From Octopus vulgaris (lineage: Eukaryota), in assembly GCA_951406725.2 (NCBI GenBank), contig OX597838.1, positions 44,950,001 through 45,014,000 on the forward strand: a stretch of DNA of 64,000 bases. The letters are read 5' to 3'. The notes beneath the pieces were generated by a model. It had not been told where the DNA came from, searched no databases, and saw only the letters and a program-made list of their open reading frames with translations. Position 1 is the first letter of the stretch. Every line of letters starts with the position of its first letter. Positions 1-16,944 of this stretch are shown here, one piece after another. A program made the translations under genes and the position numbers.

Positions 1-391
1 TGTGAATTGTAAAATCAAATTCAATGTTCTTGGAGACTCGAAAAGGAATTCTAGTTCTAATCGGAACCTCAGTAACCTTTTGAAGTTGAATTTCTAAATG
101 TCGTTTCTCTCCATCAAACACTCTCTTTCTCCCTCTCTCTTTCTACCTGTCTCTTTCTACCTTGTAGTCTCACCCTCTCTCTCCTTCAATCTCCCCCTCT
201 CTCCCCTCCCTCTCTCTCAATCCTCTGCAATCTCTATTTGTGACTCAACCAGCTCCTCATTCTCTCTCTTAATGTCTCTATCTCTCTTAGACTGATAGTT
301 TTTTTTTTGCATCGGAACAAATTGAACCATGAAGCATTTCTATAATCTTCATAACAATACAAAGCTTATACGAGAGGATAGGGATATGATA

Positions 392-632
392 CATTGTCAA
401 TTATGGCCTGGATCTCACCAAGAAGTTCAGGAGTTCCTTTCTTATCAAATCGATCAGAAAGAGATTTCCAAACCGCTGTTTCCCTAATCACGCTTTCCTA
501 ATCTTTCCGAATCCGCTGCACTTTCTTCAGATTGACGCCCAAATACTCTGAAATGTTCGTATTGGAGCTTCTAAAGCGAATGCCAAGCAATACATGTGGT
601 TTCCAAATTTCTGCCTGAGTTAATTGCATCAT
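392..632 (-). pseudogene. Tc1/mariner-superfamily transposase N-terminal (HTH) remnant
   Basis: Minus strand reads MMQLTQAEIWKPHVLLGIRFRSSNTNISEYLGVNLKKVQRIRKD*ESVIRETAVWKSLSDRFDKKGTPELLGEIQAIIDN: paired-like HTH pattern, internal stop, no DDE domain. Confidence 0.65.
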
Positions 633-790
633 GGTGCCATTTATTTCTCACAGACGGTGTCCAACTCTCCCTACTATACTGAGTAGTCGACAAAACGGAA
701 AACAAACAATGTGCATGCGCAAAATTAAAATTATATATGGCGACAATTTACCCATCGCGATTCGTATAATGCATATATACATATATATAC

Positions 791-826
<36 letters not shown>

Positions 827-1037
827 AGAGATGCACGTATTTATACAAACAAATAGGCGAAGAAATTAAAAGTAACCTTCCCACGTGTGCCTGCCTCTAA
901 GCGTAGAGGTGTGTTTCGCGTGTTTATGTGATCGTTCCCCATTATCAAACTCTACCTCTACATCGACAAGAATATGTCTCCAGTTAAGCAAATGACCAAT
1001 GTGAGAATTTAACGTTGGCTTACGGTTTCGCATGCCA

Positions 1038-1074
<37 letters not shown>

Positions 1075-1299
1075 TATTATTATCCCTCTCTTTCACTCTC
1101 TCTAACTCTCGCGATAACTCTCTCTCTCCCTCAATTTGTATTTCTCTCTCACTCCGCTCTCTCTTATTACATACACTCAAACACTTAATACACACATATT
1201 TTATGCACATATATAAGTATTTCTCTTAATGTACATATACATACATTTGATTGTTTGCGTATATATAAATATATATATGTTTCCATAACTTTTTTTTTA

Positions 1300-1300
1300 A

Positions 1301-1376
<76 letters not shown>

Positions 1377-1790
1377 CATTACTGAGTGAGAGAGTAACGT
1401 CTGCCATCAAAGTGACACTGGGGTAAAATATACGAAGCCCAGTATACCCATCCGATTAGGGCACCTGTCCGATAAGGGTACACCAGGCAAATGCATCCCA
1501 ACTATATGTGCTTGACATGGTAATCACACGTCAAGATAAACAGTGCATGACATTGCAGGTGAGGCCCAGATAGAGTTTTCTTCAGATTCAGTTGAGGAGC
1601 ACATCCCGCTCGAAAGGTTCTTGAATAAAGGTCGTTTAAGGATTTTGAACGAAACACCTACGTTTCCAGAGATGAGTTTATCCAAACCCCAAATAATTCC
1701 TCTCAAAACAAGGCTGCGGTGCCTCCCACTACTTCTGCTCGTGATTAGAGATGCACATAACGCCAGCTGGTTAAGGTCAAACAACTGATA
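1300..1790 (-). mobile_element. 3' end of a retroposon with (TAA)n tail; second copy at 43195-43740
   Basis: Long (ATT)n followed by tgagtgagagag...gccatcaaagtgacactgggg...ctcccactacttctgctcgtgat, alignable with 43393-43740, which follows its own (ATT)n. Confidence 0.65.
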
Positions 1791-1852
1791 AGCAAATCTG
1801 AGCTATTGGGCAGAATATTTGCTGCAGCCCATCTTTTATACCAAAACAAAAC

Positions 1853-2287
<435 letters not shown>

Positions 2288-2790
2288 TTTTTATGATCAT
2301 ATGAAAAGGGAGGAGGGGAAGTGAAAGAACAACAACAGCATCAAAAACAGCAGCAGCAGCAACATCAGTCTGTGTTATAGTAGTTTAGTTGATATGCATA
2401 TGGGAAATAGCATTAGCATTTGAAAATAGTCATTAGACAATCATGATAACGATGGTGAAGCTGTTGCTGACGATTACGAATTTATACTTAAAGAAAAAAG
2501 TATTTTCTTCAATACTTGCCAAATTGAAACCGATAAATTGAATGAGTTGTTCTCATAACATCTTGTGCTAACCCAAGGGAAATATTGAGATCGTTTCCCT
2601 TCATTTTTCAGCATAAGTAATCAGGTCATCCTCTGTTCATATTGTAAAACATAACCATAGTATTTTGCTAGACATTCGCGGCGTTGAATGTCGATGTTTG
2701 ATCGTCTGTTGATTGAGCAGAGATGATTCTGGATGTGAAACTTCAAGAGGAGGTGTGAGATCTGGAGACGAAATAACACTCACAAACTTG

Positions 2791-4145
<1,355 letters not shown>

Positions 4146-4183
4146 ATATATGTATGTATATATGTACATACATACATAAATAG

Positions 4184-4378
<195 letters not shown>

Positions 4379-4792
4379 GTATACACACACACAAACATAT
4401 AAATATAAGTCCCAGGGATAAAGGTGTAGGAAGAGAGTTAGCTTCAAGCAATCCGTAGTAAATGTTAAAAAGACAACTTTCAAGGACAATTGTGGTATAT
4501 TGAGACGGAAGAATGTTGTGGATATTTTTCATATCGAAGTACGAAAAGCTGAAAAAAGTTCTTTTTATATTTCACAGTAGGCGACCAGGGTTGCGGGCGT
4601 GCGAATAAGATCACAACAGTTAAGGAATGGAGTGAGATCGCGCTACATAGGTTTCATAGCGAGATGAACCTCAGAAGAGGGAAAAATCCAAATGAGGTGC
4701 ATACTCTTCAGGCCAAGGATAACTTGATTAAATTAAAGGTTACGTTGTCGCAAGGAGGTACATGTAGGCGCCTGGAAGATTCAGTCAGTATG

Positions 4793-4846
<54 letters not shown>

Positions 4847-5496
4847 TATATATAATTATACATACATATATATATGCGTGTGTGTGTGTGTATACTTGGT
4901 AGTGAGTAACATACACTAGCATGCATACAGACACATACACACAAATACGCACGCGCCCTGCTCGCCATATATGTGTGTGTCTGTGCATGTGTGTGTGTGT
5001 GCGTGCGTGCATGTGTGTTTACATTGTATGTGTATGTGTCCCAGTTCATTCAGGCATCAAATTTGAAATAAATTTGCTCTTATGAGTGACTAGTTATATG
5101 CGTATGTGCATTTGTGTGTGTGTGTGGGCGCTTGCGTATGAGTGTACGTGAGAAAGAGAGAACGGGAAAGAGATAGGGAGAGGGAGAGAGGGAGAGAGCT
5201 TGTGTTTGAACGTCTGGCAAGTGCTAGGTTGGCGCTCATCGATATTTCTCATGTCTTCTACTTGAAGTGAAGGGACATAATGAGACCCGCATGAATAACG
5301 TGGGAGGTGGAGTGGCGTGGGGGGTGAGGATGGAGGAGACGTTTGACGGGGAAGAGGAGACCCGAGTGAAGGGGTAAAGATAGAGAGAAATTCATACCTT
5401 GACGGTGATGATCGTGGTGGCGGTGGTGGGGTTGATTGCGTTGGGTGACATTTTACACACACACACACACACGCACACACACGCGCACACACACAT

Positions 5497-6082
5497 ATCT
5501 TTTAGTTGTTTCAGTGATTAGACTGCGGCCATGCTGGGACACTGCCTTGAGGGAGTTTAGTGGAACTAATCGACCACAGTACTTATTGCTTTCGAAGCCT
5601 GTTACTTAAGGAATCGGTTTCTCTCGCCGAAATGCTAGGGACGTATGTGCATGCGTGACTCTGGAGTAAGGGGCTTGCTTTCCAACCCCATGGTTCCAGG
5701 TTTAGTCCCAATATGTAGGACCTTGGGCAAGCGTCTTCTACTATAGCTTCGGGAATGGATTTGGTAGACGGAAACTGAAAGAAGCTCGTCGTATATATTT
5801 ATGTATACCTATTCATATGCATATATGCGTGTGTATGTGTGTGTATGTTTGTGATCGTGAGTATGTTGGTTTGTTTGTGTGTGTATCTACGTGTGTGTAT
5901 GTCATTGTGCCTGTATTTGTCTCCCCCCCCGCCCCGTAACTCTAGCGGTTCATCAAAAAAAGATCGATAGAATAAGTACCTGACTTAAAAAAAAACTACT
6001 CAAGTCGATTCATTCGACTAAAATTTTTCAAGGCGGTGCTACAGTATGGCCGCAGTCAAATGACAGAAAGAAATAAAAGAGA
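5497..6082. mobile_element. Two diverged SINE family 1 pieces (3' part on -, 5497-5640; near-full copy on +, 5655-6082)
   Basis: Shares gatttggtagacggaaactgaaagaagc and the ggcggtgct.cag.atggccgcagtcaaatga tail with 35670-36079. Confidence 0.75.
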
Positions 6083-6245
6083 AACAATACGAACACTGGT
6101 TGTCAATCTGTGGGGTGGGGTGGGGGACAAACGCAGACTCAAAGACACACAGACAAGCATACTTACAAATATCTATCTTTTTCTCTGTCTCTTGATCTCT
6201 ATCCCTCCCTCCCTCGCTCTCTCTCTCTATCTCTCTATCTATCTC

Positions 6246-6314
<69 letters not shown>

Positions 6315-6349
6315 ATATCTATCTATCTATCTATCTATCTTTCTATCTA

Positions 6350-6394
<45 letters not shown>

Positions 6395-6529
6395 ATGTAT
6401 ATATATGTCTGTCTATCTATCAATCTATCTATGTATCTATCTATCTATTGTATGTATATCATATGTCTTATGTGTATATCCGTGTCTGTGTATATATGTA
6501 AATCTATCAATATCCTTCACCTTTCATCC

Positions 6530-6866
6530 TATGCTACTGCAGCCATGCTGGAGCACTACATTTAAGGGTATAGCCGGACCAATAGTTTCTGCAGTCTGCT
6601 ACGTATTTTACCCGTTTCTCTTTGAACTGCTATTTTGCGGGGACGTAAACAAACTGACAAGGTTTCCCAAAATTTGTGGCTGACAACACAAAGACGCTCA
6701 CATATATATAGTTTTATGTAGGTCGGCTTCCACAAAGTTTCCATCAACCAAATTCTCTCTCCAGGCATTGGTTGGTTCGAGGCTATAGTTGAAGACCGTA
6801 GCGCAAGGTACCGCGAAGTGGGAGTGAAACTAAAACTCCAGGTTATGAAGCGAGCTTCTTCACCAT
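6530..6866 (-). mobile_element. Diverged SINE family 1
   Basis: gcagccatgctggagcac...ggggacgtaaac...ggctatagttgaagac. Confidence 0.6.
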
Positions 6867-6867
6867 A

Positions 6868-7197
6868 ATTAGCACTTCGTCGCTTACGATGACAAGTGTT
6901 CCAGTGGATCTGAACAACAGAACAGCCGGATTATGAAATTAATGTGTAAGTGGCTGAGTACTCCATAGACACGTGTACCTTTAACGTAGTCGTCAGGAAG
7001 ATTCAGCTCGAGACAGAATGTCCCAAAGTTGGCCTTTTTAAATACAGGTACAGCTCATATTTGCCAGCTGAGTGGACTGGAGCAATAAGGTGAAATAAAG
7101 TGTCTTGCCTGAGGAGATAACGCACAGCCAGGAATTGAACTCGGGGCCCTATGATCGTGAGCTGAATAACCTAACCACCAAGCAACGCGCCTCTTCA
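6868..7197 (-). mobile_element. tRNA-derived SINE family 2
   Basis: Homologous to 17373-17688; tRNA-like head with B-box at about 7125-7197. Confidence 0.75.
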
Positions 7198-7914
7198 TAT
7201 GTATAGAGAGGAAGGTAGAATAGATTAAGCGAGAACGTGTCGCTGTAGCAGAGAGGAGTAGATGGAGATTTCGAAGAAAGATAAAGCAAAAGTGAGAAAG
7301 TGGTTGCAGGTGGAAGCTGGTGGAGTAGACGGGAGATGATTTGGCGAAGATTGACGAAAATGGGGAATCAGAACAAGGAGGAAGAGACGAGGCACTCTTC
7401 AGGGAATGTCCGGAATGGTCCAACAGCAGCTGCAGGAATAACGGTGCTTGTGCTGGTGACATATATTGAATATATTGCAGCGGATATGAAAGGTGAGGGT
7501 GTGTGTGTGTGTGTGTGTGTGTGCGCGTGTATGCGTATTTCCGCATGTATGTGTATGCATCTTTGCGTGCGTGCGGTGGGGCGGGATTTGGATTGGTTTC
7601 TCCAGGAGGAACCCGGATGGCTGAGAGAGAGGATTGCTTCGGCTGAAGGATTGGTTATACAGTTAGGATATAGCGAAAAAGTGAACCTTTTAGCGTAAGT
7701 GTAAGTCAAGGATGTTGATAAAAGATAAGGAGGAGCTAGATTTGGAAGATAAGGATAAGGAGGAAGAAGAAAAACTAACAGATGCAATAAAAGTGATGGC
7801 GAGGGATAAGCGTCAAGTGGTTACTAAAAATACAAACACATTTAAGCACATGCATTTATATAATATATATGTATATGTATATACATGTATCTATGAGTAT
7901 TTATGCATATACAG

Positions 7915-7965
<51 letters not shown>

Positions 7966-8567
7966 TCTGCGGCGCGTGTATATATATAAGCTGAAGAAGT
8001 GTTGTTTCGTTGTGTTGGTGTTGTAGACCACTGGACACTGGTTTGTGGATAGTATCTGACTCGTTATAATCTCATTCAAATCACATCACCTGAATCTATA
8101 ATTTTCCATTGTCGCCAAAGATTTCTGAAATCATAATTCCACAAGGCATTGGGCAACCAGTTCCTTACAATTCATACAAAAAAAAAAGATACTACTCAGG
8201 GGCATTCTCTGTTTCTTTCTGAATACTGTGAATATTGTACTATTTAATATCAAGTAAGTGAAAACTGTATTTGATTTGTTGTTATTGCTTCTATCATTTT
8301 TCTGTCACTATTTTCAGTAGGATTCCATTTTGTCTATCCACGATTTCCCATCAGTTTGTAGTTATGAACCATTGAAGCTTCATGTTGACTTTCATTCCGT
8401 TCCCCGGTGAATTGCAAGTATGGAGCCGCTAAGAAGTCAGTTGAAGCAATTTAGTAACAAGCAGTCAAACGGTTGCTAAATTGGGCTACGATAACTAACG
8501 GCTCTACGTCTGAAGACAGTGCATTATTACACACACACACACACACACACAGACACACACAGACACA

Positions 8568-8607
<40 letters not shown>

Positions 8608-8988
8608 GACACATGCATACATACATACAAACATACTTACATACATTTGGTGGCTGTCAATACGTGAGCGAACTTGACCACCAATGAGAACTTATCGTTT
8701 GCTCTATATCTTTAATGACAACAGCTATCAGCCTATCATCAATAACAGCGTGGAAGCTGGGGCGATCTCCTTCTTTAGACTCGGGATGATCATAGCCTTG
8801 CTAGGGAATTTGGTAGAGGGAAACTGGAAGGAAACCCGTTGTATATATGTGTGAAGCGAGTTGTGTATGTGTATGTGAGCGTGTGTGTCTTTGTGCCTGC
8901 TTGTTCTCACAAGCGCTTGACAAGAGATAATGGTGTTTCATTTCTCGTAACTTAGCTTTTTGGTAAAACAGGTAACTATGGAGACACG

Positions 8989-9059
<71 letters not shown>

Positions 9060-9341
9060 ATACAGACGTGTGTGAAACACTGAAGCTCTGCAAGTCCTGG
9101 CCAGTGAAATCACACGGTGTGTCTGCTACTTCTAAAATGACTCCTACAGAGTTAGTTTAGAAGTAGCAGACACACCGTCTGCTTTCAGAATAAATCTCAC
9201 TGCCCGGCAACTTGGGCAAGTGTCGTCTCGCCTGGCCGTGAAATGTATTGGGAATGAATTCGGTAGGTAGAATCTGTGTAGAAGACCGTCGCATATATGA
9301 ATATGTATATATACATAAGTGTATGCGTGTTTGTGTGTGTG

Positions 9342-9413
<72 letters not shown>

Positions 9414-10016
9414 CTTATATATCTATCTATCTATCTACTTATATATCTATCTATCTATCTACTTATATATCTATCTATCTATCTACTTATATATCTATCT
9501 ATCTATCTATCTTCCTTTCTCTTTTTATCTTTCTCTTTCTCTTTCTCTCTATTTCTCTGTACGCACACATACAGACACACACACCCACATATATATATGA
9601 ATATATATGTATACACTTACATAATATATATATTTATATATACATATTAACATATATTTATGTATATATGTGTATGTGTCTTTTTAGACTGGTGCCTTCC
9701 CCTACCATGTCTTGGGAATTGGCGTTGGTTTGTTTACGTCCTCGTAAGCATGTGGTTCGACAAAAACCCTTCAAGGAGATGCCCCGGTATATCCGAAGTC
9801 CAGTAAGTGAAACAACTAAAAAAAAAACACGATGTACTCAGTGGTTAACCAATTCCTGCATGGAAAGTTTCTCGCTTTCTGATGAATATATTATGCATAT
9901 TTTTGGCAATAATATCGTATTTACCATCTATTTATCGATCAATTTTAATTTATAGTCTATATATCGATCTATTTCTCATTCTTTCGCTCTCTCTCCCTCG
10001 CACTCTTTCTCTCTCT

Positions 10017-10048
<32 letters not shown>

Positions 10049-10056
10049 TATATGTA

Positions 10057-10117
<61 letters not shown>

Positions 10118-10221
10118 AAATATATATATACATACGTATAAAGATATATACTCATATATCTTTCTATCTTTCTATCAATCTATTTGTCTGTTTGTCTCTA
10201 TTCAATATATATATATGTATA

Positions 10222-10390
10222 TAATAAGCCGAAATTGTGAGGATAATCTGTTTCTTGACTGAAGATACAAAACTCCGAATTACTTGTCCTTGTTTTCTTT
10301 GTATCGTCTATCTCGATGTTTTGTTGTCCCTTTTTGTATCACCTAGCTGTCTGGATGTTTTGCGTTCTTGTCCCATTTTGTATTTTATAT
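10222..10390 (+). mobile_element. 5'-truncated copy of the rearranged-hammerhead repeat family
   Basis: gccGAAA (10231), 24 nt, CTGAAGA (10259), then tail gtatcgtc...gcgttcttgtcccatt shared with 21893-22260; flanked by (TA)n. Confidence 0.7.
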
Positions 10391-10399
10391 ATATATATA

Positions 10400-11355
10400 C
10401 TAGAATTAAAGACCCGTCGTTGCCGTGTCATAGTGCTAGTGCATGTATATATGTGTATATATATGTGTACATATTACATGTACATCTATATATATACATC
10501 TACACATAAAATACAAAATACAAAGTTATATCTTGATATCGCTAGTGATAACAATACTCAAAATATATAACAGACTGGAATTGTTAGCCCGTCTCTTGTA
10601 ATTTCGATCAATTGTATCTTGTCCTCCTTCTTATATAGAAGTGTGACTACAATCCAGCCTACCTCTACTTCGGGGAGGGGCATTTTAATTTTTTTTCCGG
10701 GACGTCCTACGTCCCAGATATAAAGGTAAAGATAAAATATTTCCACTTAGCAAGTTCGAGTCGAGTACTCCCTTGCACGCTCCGTTGACTCGAACCTTGC
10801 TTCTATTGTGGCGAATTTACCGCCTCTGATTAGATACCTTTCATAATCGCACCAAGACACTTTTCGAAGGTGCTTTCCTCCATGTGTTCAAATCTTCTTT
10901 TTTCTCTTAGTCTTTTCGTTAATTTAATTTTTTTATTATCCATCTGGACTATTCCATTTCTGCACGCTAATCTTATTTTTAATTTATTCTCATTCATGTG
11001 AAGCCACTTATTCAAGTTCAAATCATTGATGCAATTTTATACCAATTGCTATTTTTACTTTTGTCATGTTACTTTAGTTCGATTTTAATTATTACTTACT
11101 ACATATAATTCAATTGTTATTATTATTTTTATTGCTAAAGTGAAAGTATCTGACATAAAATAGAGAAACGTTTTTGTTTCACTTTTAACACGTAATACTG
11201 AAATAGTGGAGAAGATATGATATCGCTGTGGGCTCGCTCTAGGCAAGAAGTTGGACATTTTCTTTTTTGCCCATGAAACTACATGGACCCTAAGTAAGGC
11301 ATGTGTAAAATTTGAATGAAATTGGTTGTGTAGTTCTCAAGTTTTAGGGAAACAC

Positions 11356-11386
<31 letters not shown>

Positions 11387-11410
11387 TTCTCAGTTTTATA
11401 TATATAAAGA
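10400..11410 (-). mobile_element. Non-autonomous Helitron
   Basis: Minus-strand 5' TCTTTATATATATAAAA at 11410, followed by (GTCT)n; subterminal hairpin 10411-10429; terminal CTAG 10400-10403; A/T insertion site. Confidence 0.75.
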
Positions 11411-12269
11411 TACACACACAAGTATGGAAGCAATTGGTGAAGCCGTTTTCGCGTGAAAAGCGAATGCATATACATTTCGATATTATATATTAGATTTACA
11501 GAGAAGCAATTGCAAAGAAAGGTTTGACAAAAAAGATAGAAAGAATGTCGGATGATAAAGTATTGGTCATCCCAAAACTAAGGTGCGCGTGTGTGCGTGT
11601 ATGTGTGAATATATATATGAGTGAATGTAGAGACTAGCAAGTTAAGCAAGTCGATATACAATAGATATTAACTGCTCTACCTGCTCAAATTTAAATCTCT
11701 TGAGCACTACGAACTGAATTTTATACAGAGAATACCTGTCTGTAATTTGTAAACTGTACACACACGCACACACACACTCACACACACACACATATATATA
11801 TATATATACATACATACATACATACATACATACATACATACATACATACATACATACATGCATGCACACACAGAGAGAAAGATACACAGATAGATTAATA
11901 GATTGATAGATAGATGTTTGTGTGTAAGTGGTATGAGTACGTGTGTGTGTGTGTTTGTGTGTGTATGTATGAAAGGTTTCAAAGATTCGTAGTATATGCT
12001 CAATTTTATGGATTGTTTAATGTGTATAATCAACCGCTGTACAGGAAACATGCCCGTCACAGGATTACTTGTCTTTTTACACCTGAGTAGAGTCGTGTAA
12101 CCTGAAAAGAAGTCTTGCATTAATCCAAGAATGGAAGTAATAATCTTGCAATATCTTAACCAAGACAACACACACGCACACAAACACACACACATACACA
12201 TACACACACACATCCGTATTTGCCATGATAGATCGCTAACCACTACAAATTTTTTTTTTTCTCTCTATT

Positions 12270-12412
12270 CTTATTTCTGTGTTCTTTTCTTTTGAAGAGC
12301 GTAGGCTCGAAACGTTAAAGACTTTTTCAACGTCCCGAGCGTTAAAGTAATACATATGTTTGTTGTCTACACCACTTGTCTTCATCTTTTTATCTTTTGT
12401 GAATTCTCCCTA
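12270..12412 (+). mobile_element. PLE-type terminal repeat with degenerate minimal hammerhead
   Basis: cttttga-a-GAGC-gtag-GCTC-GAAA-cgt (helix II hairpin plus GAAACGT); 3' tail recurs at 56095-56170; ends in (TA)n. Confidence 0.55.
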
Positions 12413-12419
12413 CATATAT

Positions 12420-12598
<179 letters not shown>

Positions 12599-13082
12599 CA
12601 GACACACATATACACGTATATGCGTGTTTATCTCTGTGTGTTTGTGTGTGTGTGTGCGTGGTTGTGTGTGCATATTTCAAAAGTACAGAAAACGAAAAAC
12701 AAAGGTAGCAGTTGTAGAACTAGTTTGACGCTGGGGGAGATTGGAAGCATCTTCGATATTTCAAGCCTATGCTCTTCGACAAAAAGGGATGTGAAAGAGA
12801 AAAAAGGGGAGAAAGAGAGAGATATACACACACACGCACAAACACACACACAGACAGAGTGAGTGAGTGAGTGAGTGAGTGAGTGAGTGAGAGTGTATAA
12901 AAATGCGTCGGGAATAACGGTTTAACTTGATAAGTATGTATAGAAGCATTGTTACTACTTGTTAGCGATTCACTACTTTATAATAAGTATATGAGCACTC
13001 AGTGTCCTTATATCGATTTATGTATGTATACCTGTCCACGTATACATACATACATACATACATAGAAACATATATATATATG

Positions 13083-13168
<86 letters not shown>

Positions 13169-13178
<10 letters not shown>

Positions 13179-13342
13179 GAAATGAGGTAATCAGAAGATC
13201 GGATGGTTTATATTTACAGATATTTATTTATATATTACATTTTTTCCGTATATATCATATCACTAATATCATTAGCGCTTTCTCCCAATCTGTAAATATA
13301 AACCATCCGATCTTCTGATTACCTCATTTCTTCTAATATATA
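13169..13342. repeat. Inverted repeat, about 53-bp arms
   Basis: 13169-13221 (tattagaagaaatgaggtaatcagaagatcggatggtttatatttacagat) reverse-complements about 13288-13340. Confidence 0.9.
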
Positions 13343-13367
13343 ATACCTGTACATCATCTCCAAACCT

Positions 13368-13410
<43 letters not shown>

Positions 13411-13483
13411 CATACATAATAACACACATGTATTCTGATATATATATATATACTTATATATACATATATATATACACATATAT

Positions 13484-13526
<43 letters not shown>

Positions 13527-13571
13527 TACATACATATATATGAGTGTTGTACGTATGTCTATTTCACTGTG

Positions 13572-13615
<44 letters not shown>

Positions 13616-13618
13616 TAT

Positions 13619-14023
13619 ACTCTTTACTCTTTTACTTGTTTCAGTCATTTGACCGCGGCCATGCTGGAGCACTGCCTTTAGTCGAGCAAATCGACCCCGG
13701 GACTTATTGTTTGTAAACCCAGTACTTATTCTATCGGTCTTTCTTGTCGAACCGCTAAGTGACGGGGACGTAAAGACACCAGCATCGGTTGTCAAGCAAT
13801 GCTAGTGGGGACAAACACAGACACACACACACATACACATATATATATATACATATATACAACAGGCTTCTTTCAGTTTCTGTCTACCAAATCCACTCAC
13901 AAGGCATTAGTCGGCCCGGGGCTATAGCAGAAGACACTTGCCCAAGATGCCACGCAGTGGTACTGAACCTGGAACCATGTGGTTGGTTAGCAAGCTACTT
14001 ACCACACAGCCACTCCTGCGCCT
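13619..14023 (-). mobile_element. Full-length tRNA-derived SINE family 1
   Basis: tRNA-like head at 13960-14023, internal (CA)/(TA) tract, LINE-like tail ggcggtgctccagcatggccgc-type and (AAGAGTA)-like end; highly similar to 38186-38592. Confidence 0.9.
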
Positions 14024-14049
14024 ATACATATATATGCATATATACATAC

Positions 14050-14097
<48 letters not shown>

Positions 14098-14796
14098 CTG
14101 TGTATACACATGCATACGCATACATATATGAGTGTCTCTGTGTGGTATGTATGTCTATTTCACTGTCTGGCTGGCTGGCTGGCTGGCTGGCTGGTTATCC
14201 CTCTATCTATTCGTGTATATGTTTATATAACTCACTATGCATATTTGCGTCTGTGTATTTGTGTGTATATTTGTATAGCTGCATGTACATATATAGACTT
14301 GCTGTTTCACACTATATATATATATTATGCATGTGTATGTTGTTCCAGCAGCAAGTCATTATTAGTTAATGTTTTGACCCCCCCCCCCCTATACATAATA
14401 GATCTTCCGTTGACCGATCGATCCATTCTCGAAGCAGATTCAGGACATCCTTCATTGACACATCATTCGTCATTCCTTACCGCACCGATTACATCCGGAA
14501 CGAAGACGCGTCAGGTGGCTGCTATGTGGCTTTCTTGTGAAAAAACAACAACAACAACAACAGCAACAAAAAAGATAAAAAGCTAAACACGATGGTTTGG
14601 GAGAAACAAGCTTAAGCTCTGCGGCAGTCAAATGAACCATCCCGAAAAATCCTATTTTATATTATATTATATATATACAAACACACTTGCATACATATAC
14701 GTATATATTTTGCTTAGCTTCAGGTCAGAGCTGCGGCCATGTTGGGGCACCGCCATTTATATATATATCGTATATAATTATATATAACTATATATA

Positions 14797-14872
<76 letters not shown>

Positions 14873-14877
<5 letters not shown>

Positions 14878-15085
14878 AGAGGAAAAATTATAATAAGGCA
14901 GAATGCTAAATTGAAGGTAAATTTTAATAAAAATGGGTGTATGGAAAATTTTAAAAATAAGAAAATAAAAAAATAACACCCATTTTTATTAAAATTTACC
15001 TTCAATTTAGCATTCTGCCTTATAATTTTTCCTCTCCTATGATTTCTCCACGTGCGGTCAACACAACCCCACCATTTATTGATTT
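14873..15085. repeat. Fold-back repeat family (arms 14873-14940 / 14976-15040); paralog at 57768-58020
   Basis: Arms reverse-complement; shared ggtcaacacaaccccaccatttattgattt tail; flanked by (TA)n. Confidence 0.85.
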
Positions 15086-15513
15086 ATATATATATATATA
15101 TTAAATACTTCAAAAGGTACGCGTATGACAGACACAGAAGGACCCGAATTCTCGACCAAAAATACTAATACTCACTTTCGAGCCTTTAATGTTAAGACTA
15201 AGAACTTTGTATATCGGTGGGACCCTCAGAATTCGCGTAGAAGTTTAGAACCCGAGCAAAGAAGCCAATACAGGGCGGACGTACGAAAGTAAAGTAATGT
15301 AATTTGAAACGATAGACGAAGATGGAGTAAATACAGACTTTCGGCCAAACATGAGAGTGATGGGTAACGCCTGGAAGGAATCCTCAATTGATATAAAAAG
15401 AGAAATAGTAAGAGAAGGGAAAACGTTGACCGGCCAATCGTCCGGTGTTGAAAAAGTAGAGATAAGAAAACCAGTCACTGGTCATGTGTGGGCAGCAGAT
15501 AGAGGGGAAGGAG

Positions 15514-15547
<34 letters not shown>

Positions 15548-15874
15548 GCAGAGAGAACAGGAAAGGAAGGAAGGAAGGAAGGAAGGAAGGAAAGAAGGAA
15601 GGCGGAAGGAGGAAGGGAGAAAGTCTACAATTAAGAATGAGAAGACGAGAGGGGGAAGGGGATGTAAGGATGCTAGAAAAGGAATATAAGGTGGATAGAG
15701 AAAGAAAGAAGATAGATTTTAAAAAAATATATAAAAACTTACTGATAACAAAAGTCGGGATCCATAGCGTTCAATTACTCAATAAATGAAAAATGCATTA
15801 AATACTACAAAACGTACACGTATACACACACGCACACAAACATACACACACACACACACACACATATGTATATA

Positions 15875-16380
15875 TAAATTTAAAAAACGGAACAAGGACG
15901 TAACGGACGACAATAAAAACATAGGGACAGGTGGAGGCTAAAAGACGAGCAGAGAAACAAGGATGGAATATTCGTGGCTTTGTATTCATCAGTCAAATTT
16001 CCAATCATCACTGCAGTTTCGGTCTATTACACTTGAGACTGTTCAAAATTAGTAGGCCCCAAAAATCTAAACCAAGGGCACTAAATTTTTGAAAAAGAAC
16101 GCGAACGAAAATGTGCGACAACACGGACAAAAACAAAAATGAGAAACCGGAGAAAAAGTTACACGATTACAAATGCAAACAACAAGAATAACGATCGGTG
16201 TCTTTCGACTAAAAGGACTAAAAGTTAGGTTAAGCTGGTGTGGGAAGTGGAAGCCTTACGGCAACAAGCATAGATGAGAGTGAGGAGAAGATAGGAAAAT
16301 AAGGTGTGGCGAGCGGCGGTCAGGCCAAGAAAGAAAGATCATGCTGAGCACGTGGGAGGAACAGAGAAAGGTAGGGAGTA
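15875..16380 (-). mobile_element. Rearranged-hammerhead repeat family, diverged copy
   Basis: Alignable with 26865-27350 (e.g. ggtgtctt.cgacta, taagctgg, aagccttacg); core motifs at 15986-16052. Confidence 0.7.
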
Positions 16381-16517
16381 GAAGGACTGAAGAATTAGGG
16401 AAGGAGCTAGAAAGAGAGAGAGAGAAAGAGAAAGGGACAGAGGGAAAGATACAAGGGAGATAACAGAGGGAAGTAATGAGATTAAAGAAAGAGAATTCCA
16501 AGATGTATATACATATA

Positions 16518-16913
16518 TCTTTATATATAAAACTGTAGTTGTGTGAGTGTCTGTCCCCTTCGATTTAGATTCCTAACTACTCCCACATTTTGCGGTGCAG
16601 TTTAACCAAAACCGGGTATCTTATAGTCGTGATTCATATCGAGCCCTTCTGGGTATTAGCGCGCGTCTACGATGAGTCTACGATTTTAAAAATAATTTAC
16701 CATAATTTTTTTTCCATTTTCATGCATATTTTTTTAAAGGGAAGTAACTCTCTAAAAATGTCTACGATGAGTCAACGATTTAAAAAAAAAATTTAACATC
16801 ATATTTTTTCCATTTTTAATGCATTTTTTTGCTATTTTTTGGCTATAACTCTCTAAAAATGCTGTATAGTTATTTCCCTTACAAACCCGAGCAACGCCGG
16901 GCGATACTGCTAG
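16518..16913 (+). mobile_element. Non-autonomous Helitron
   Basis: Starts A|TCTTTATATATAAAA; 3' hairpin cccgagcaacgccggg, then CTAG|T at 16910-16914; internal duplicated gtctacgatgagtc block. Confidence 0.88.

Positions 16914-16944
<31 letters not shown>

Noticed and set aside
15110-15490. Possible decayed coding or transposon sequence (also 4415-4790, 28240-28340, 47300-48060)
   Set aside because: Higher complexity, but no motif I can assign with confidence.
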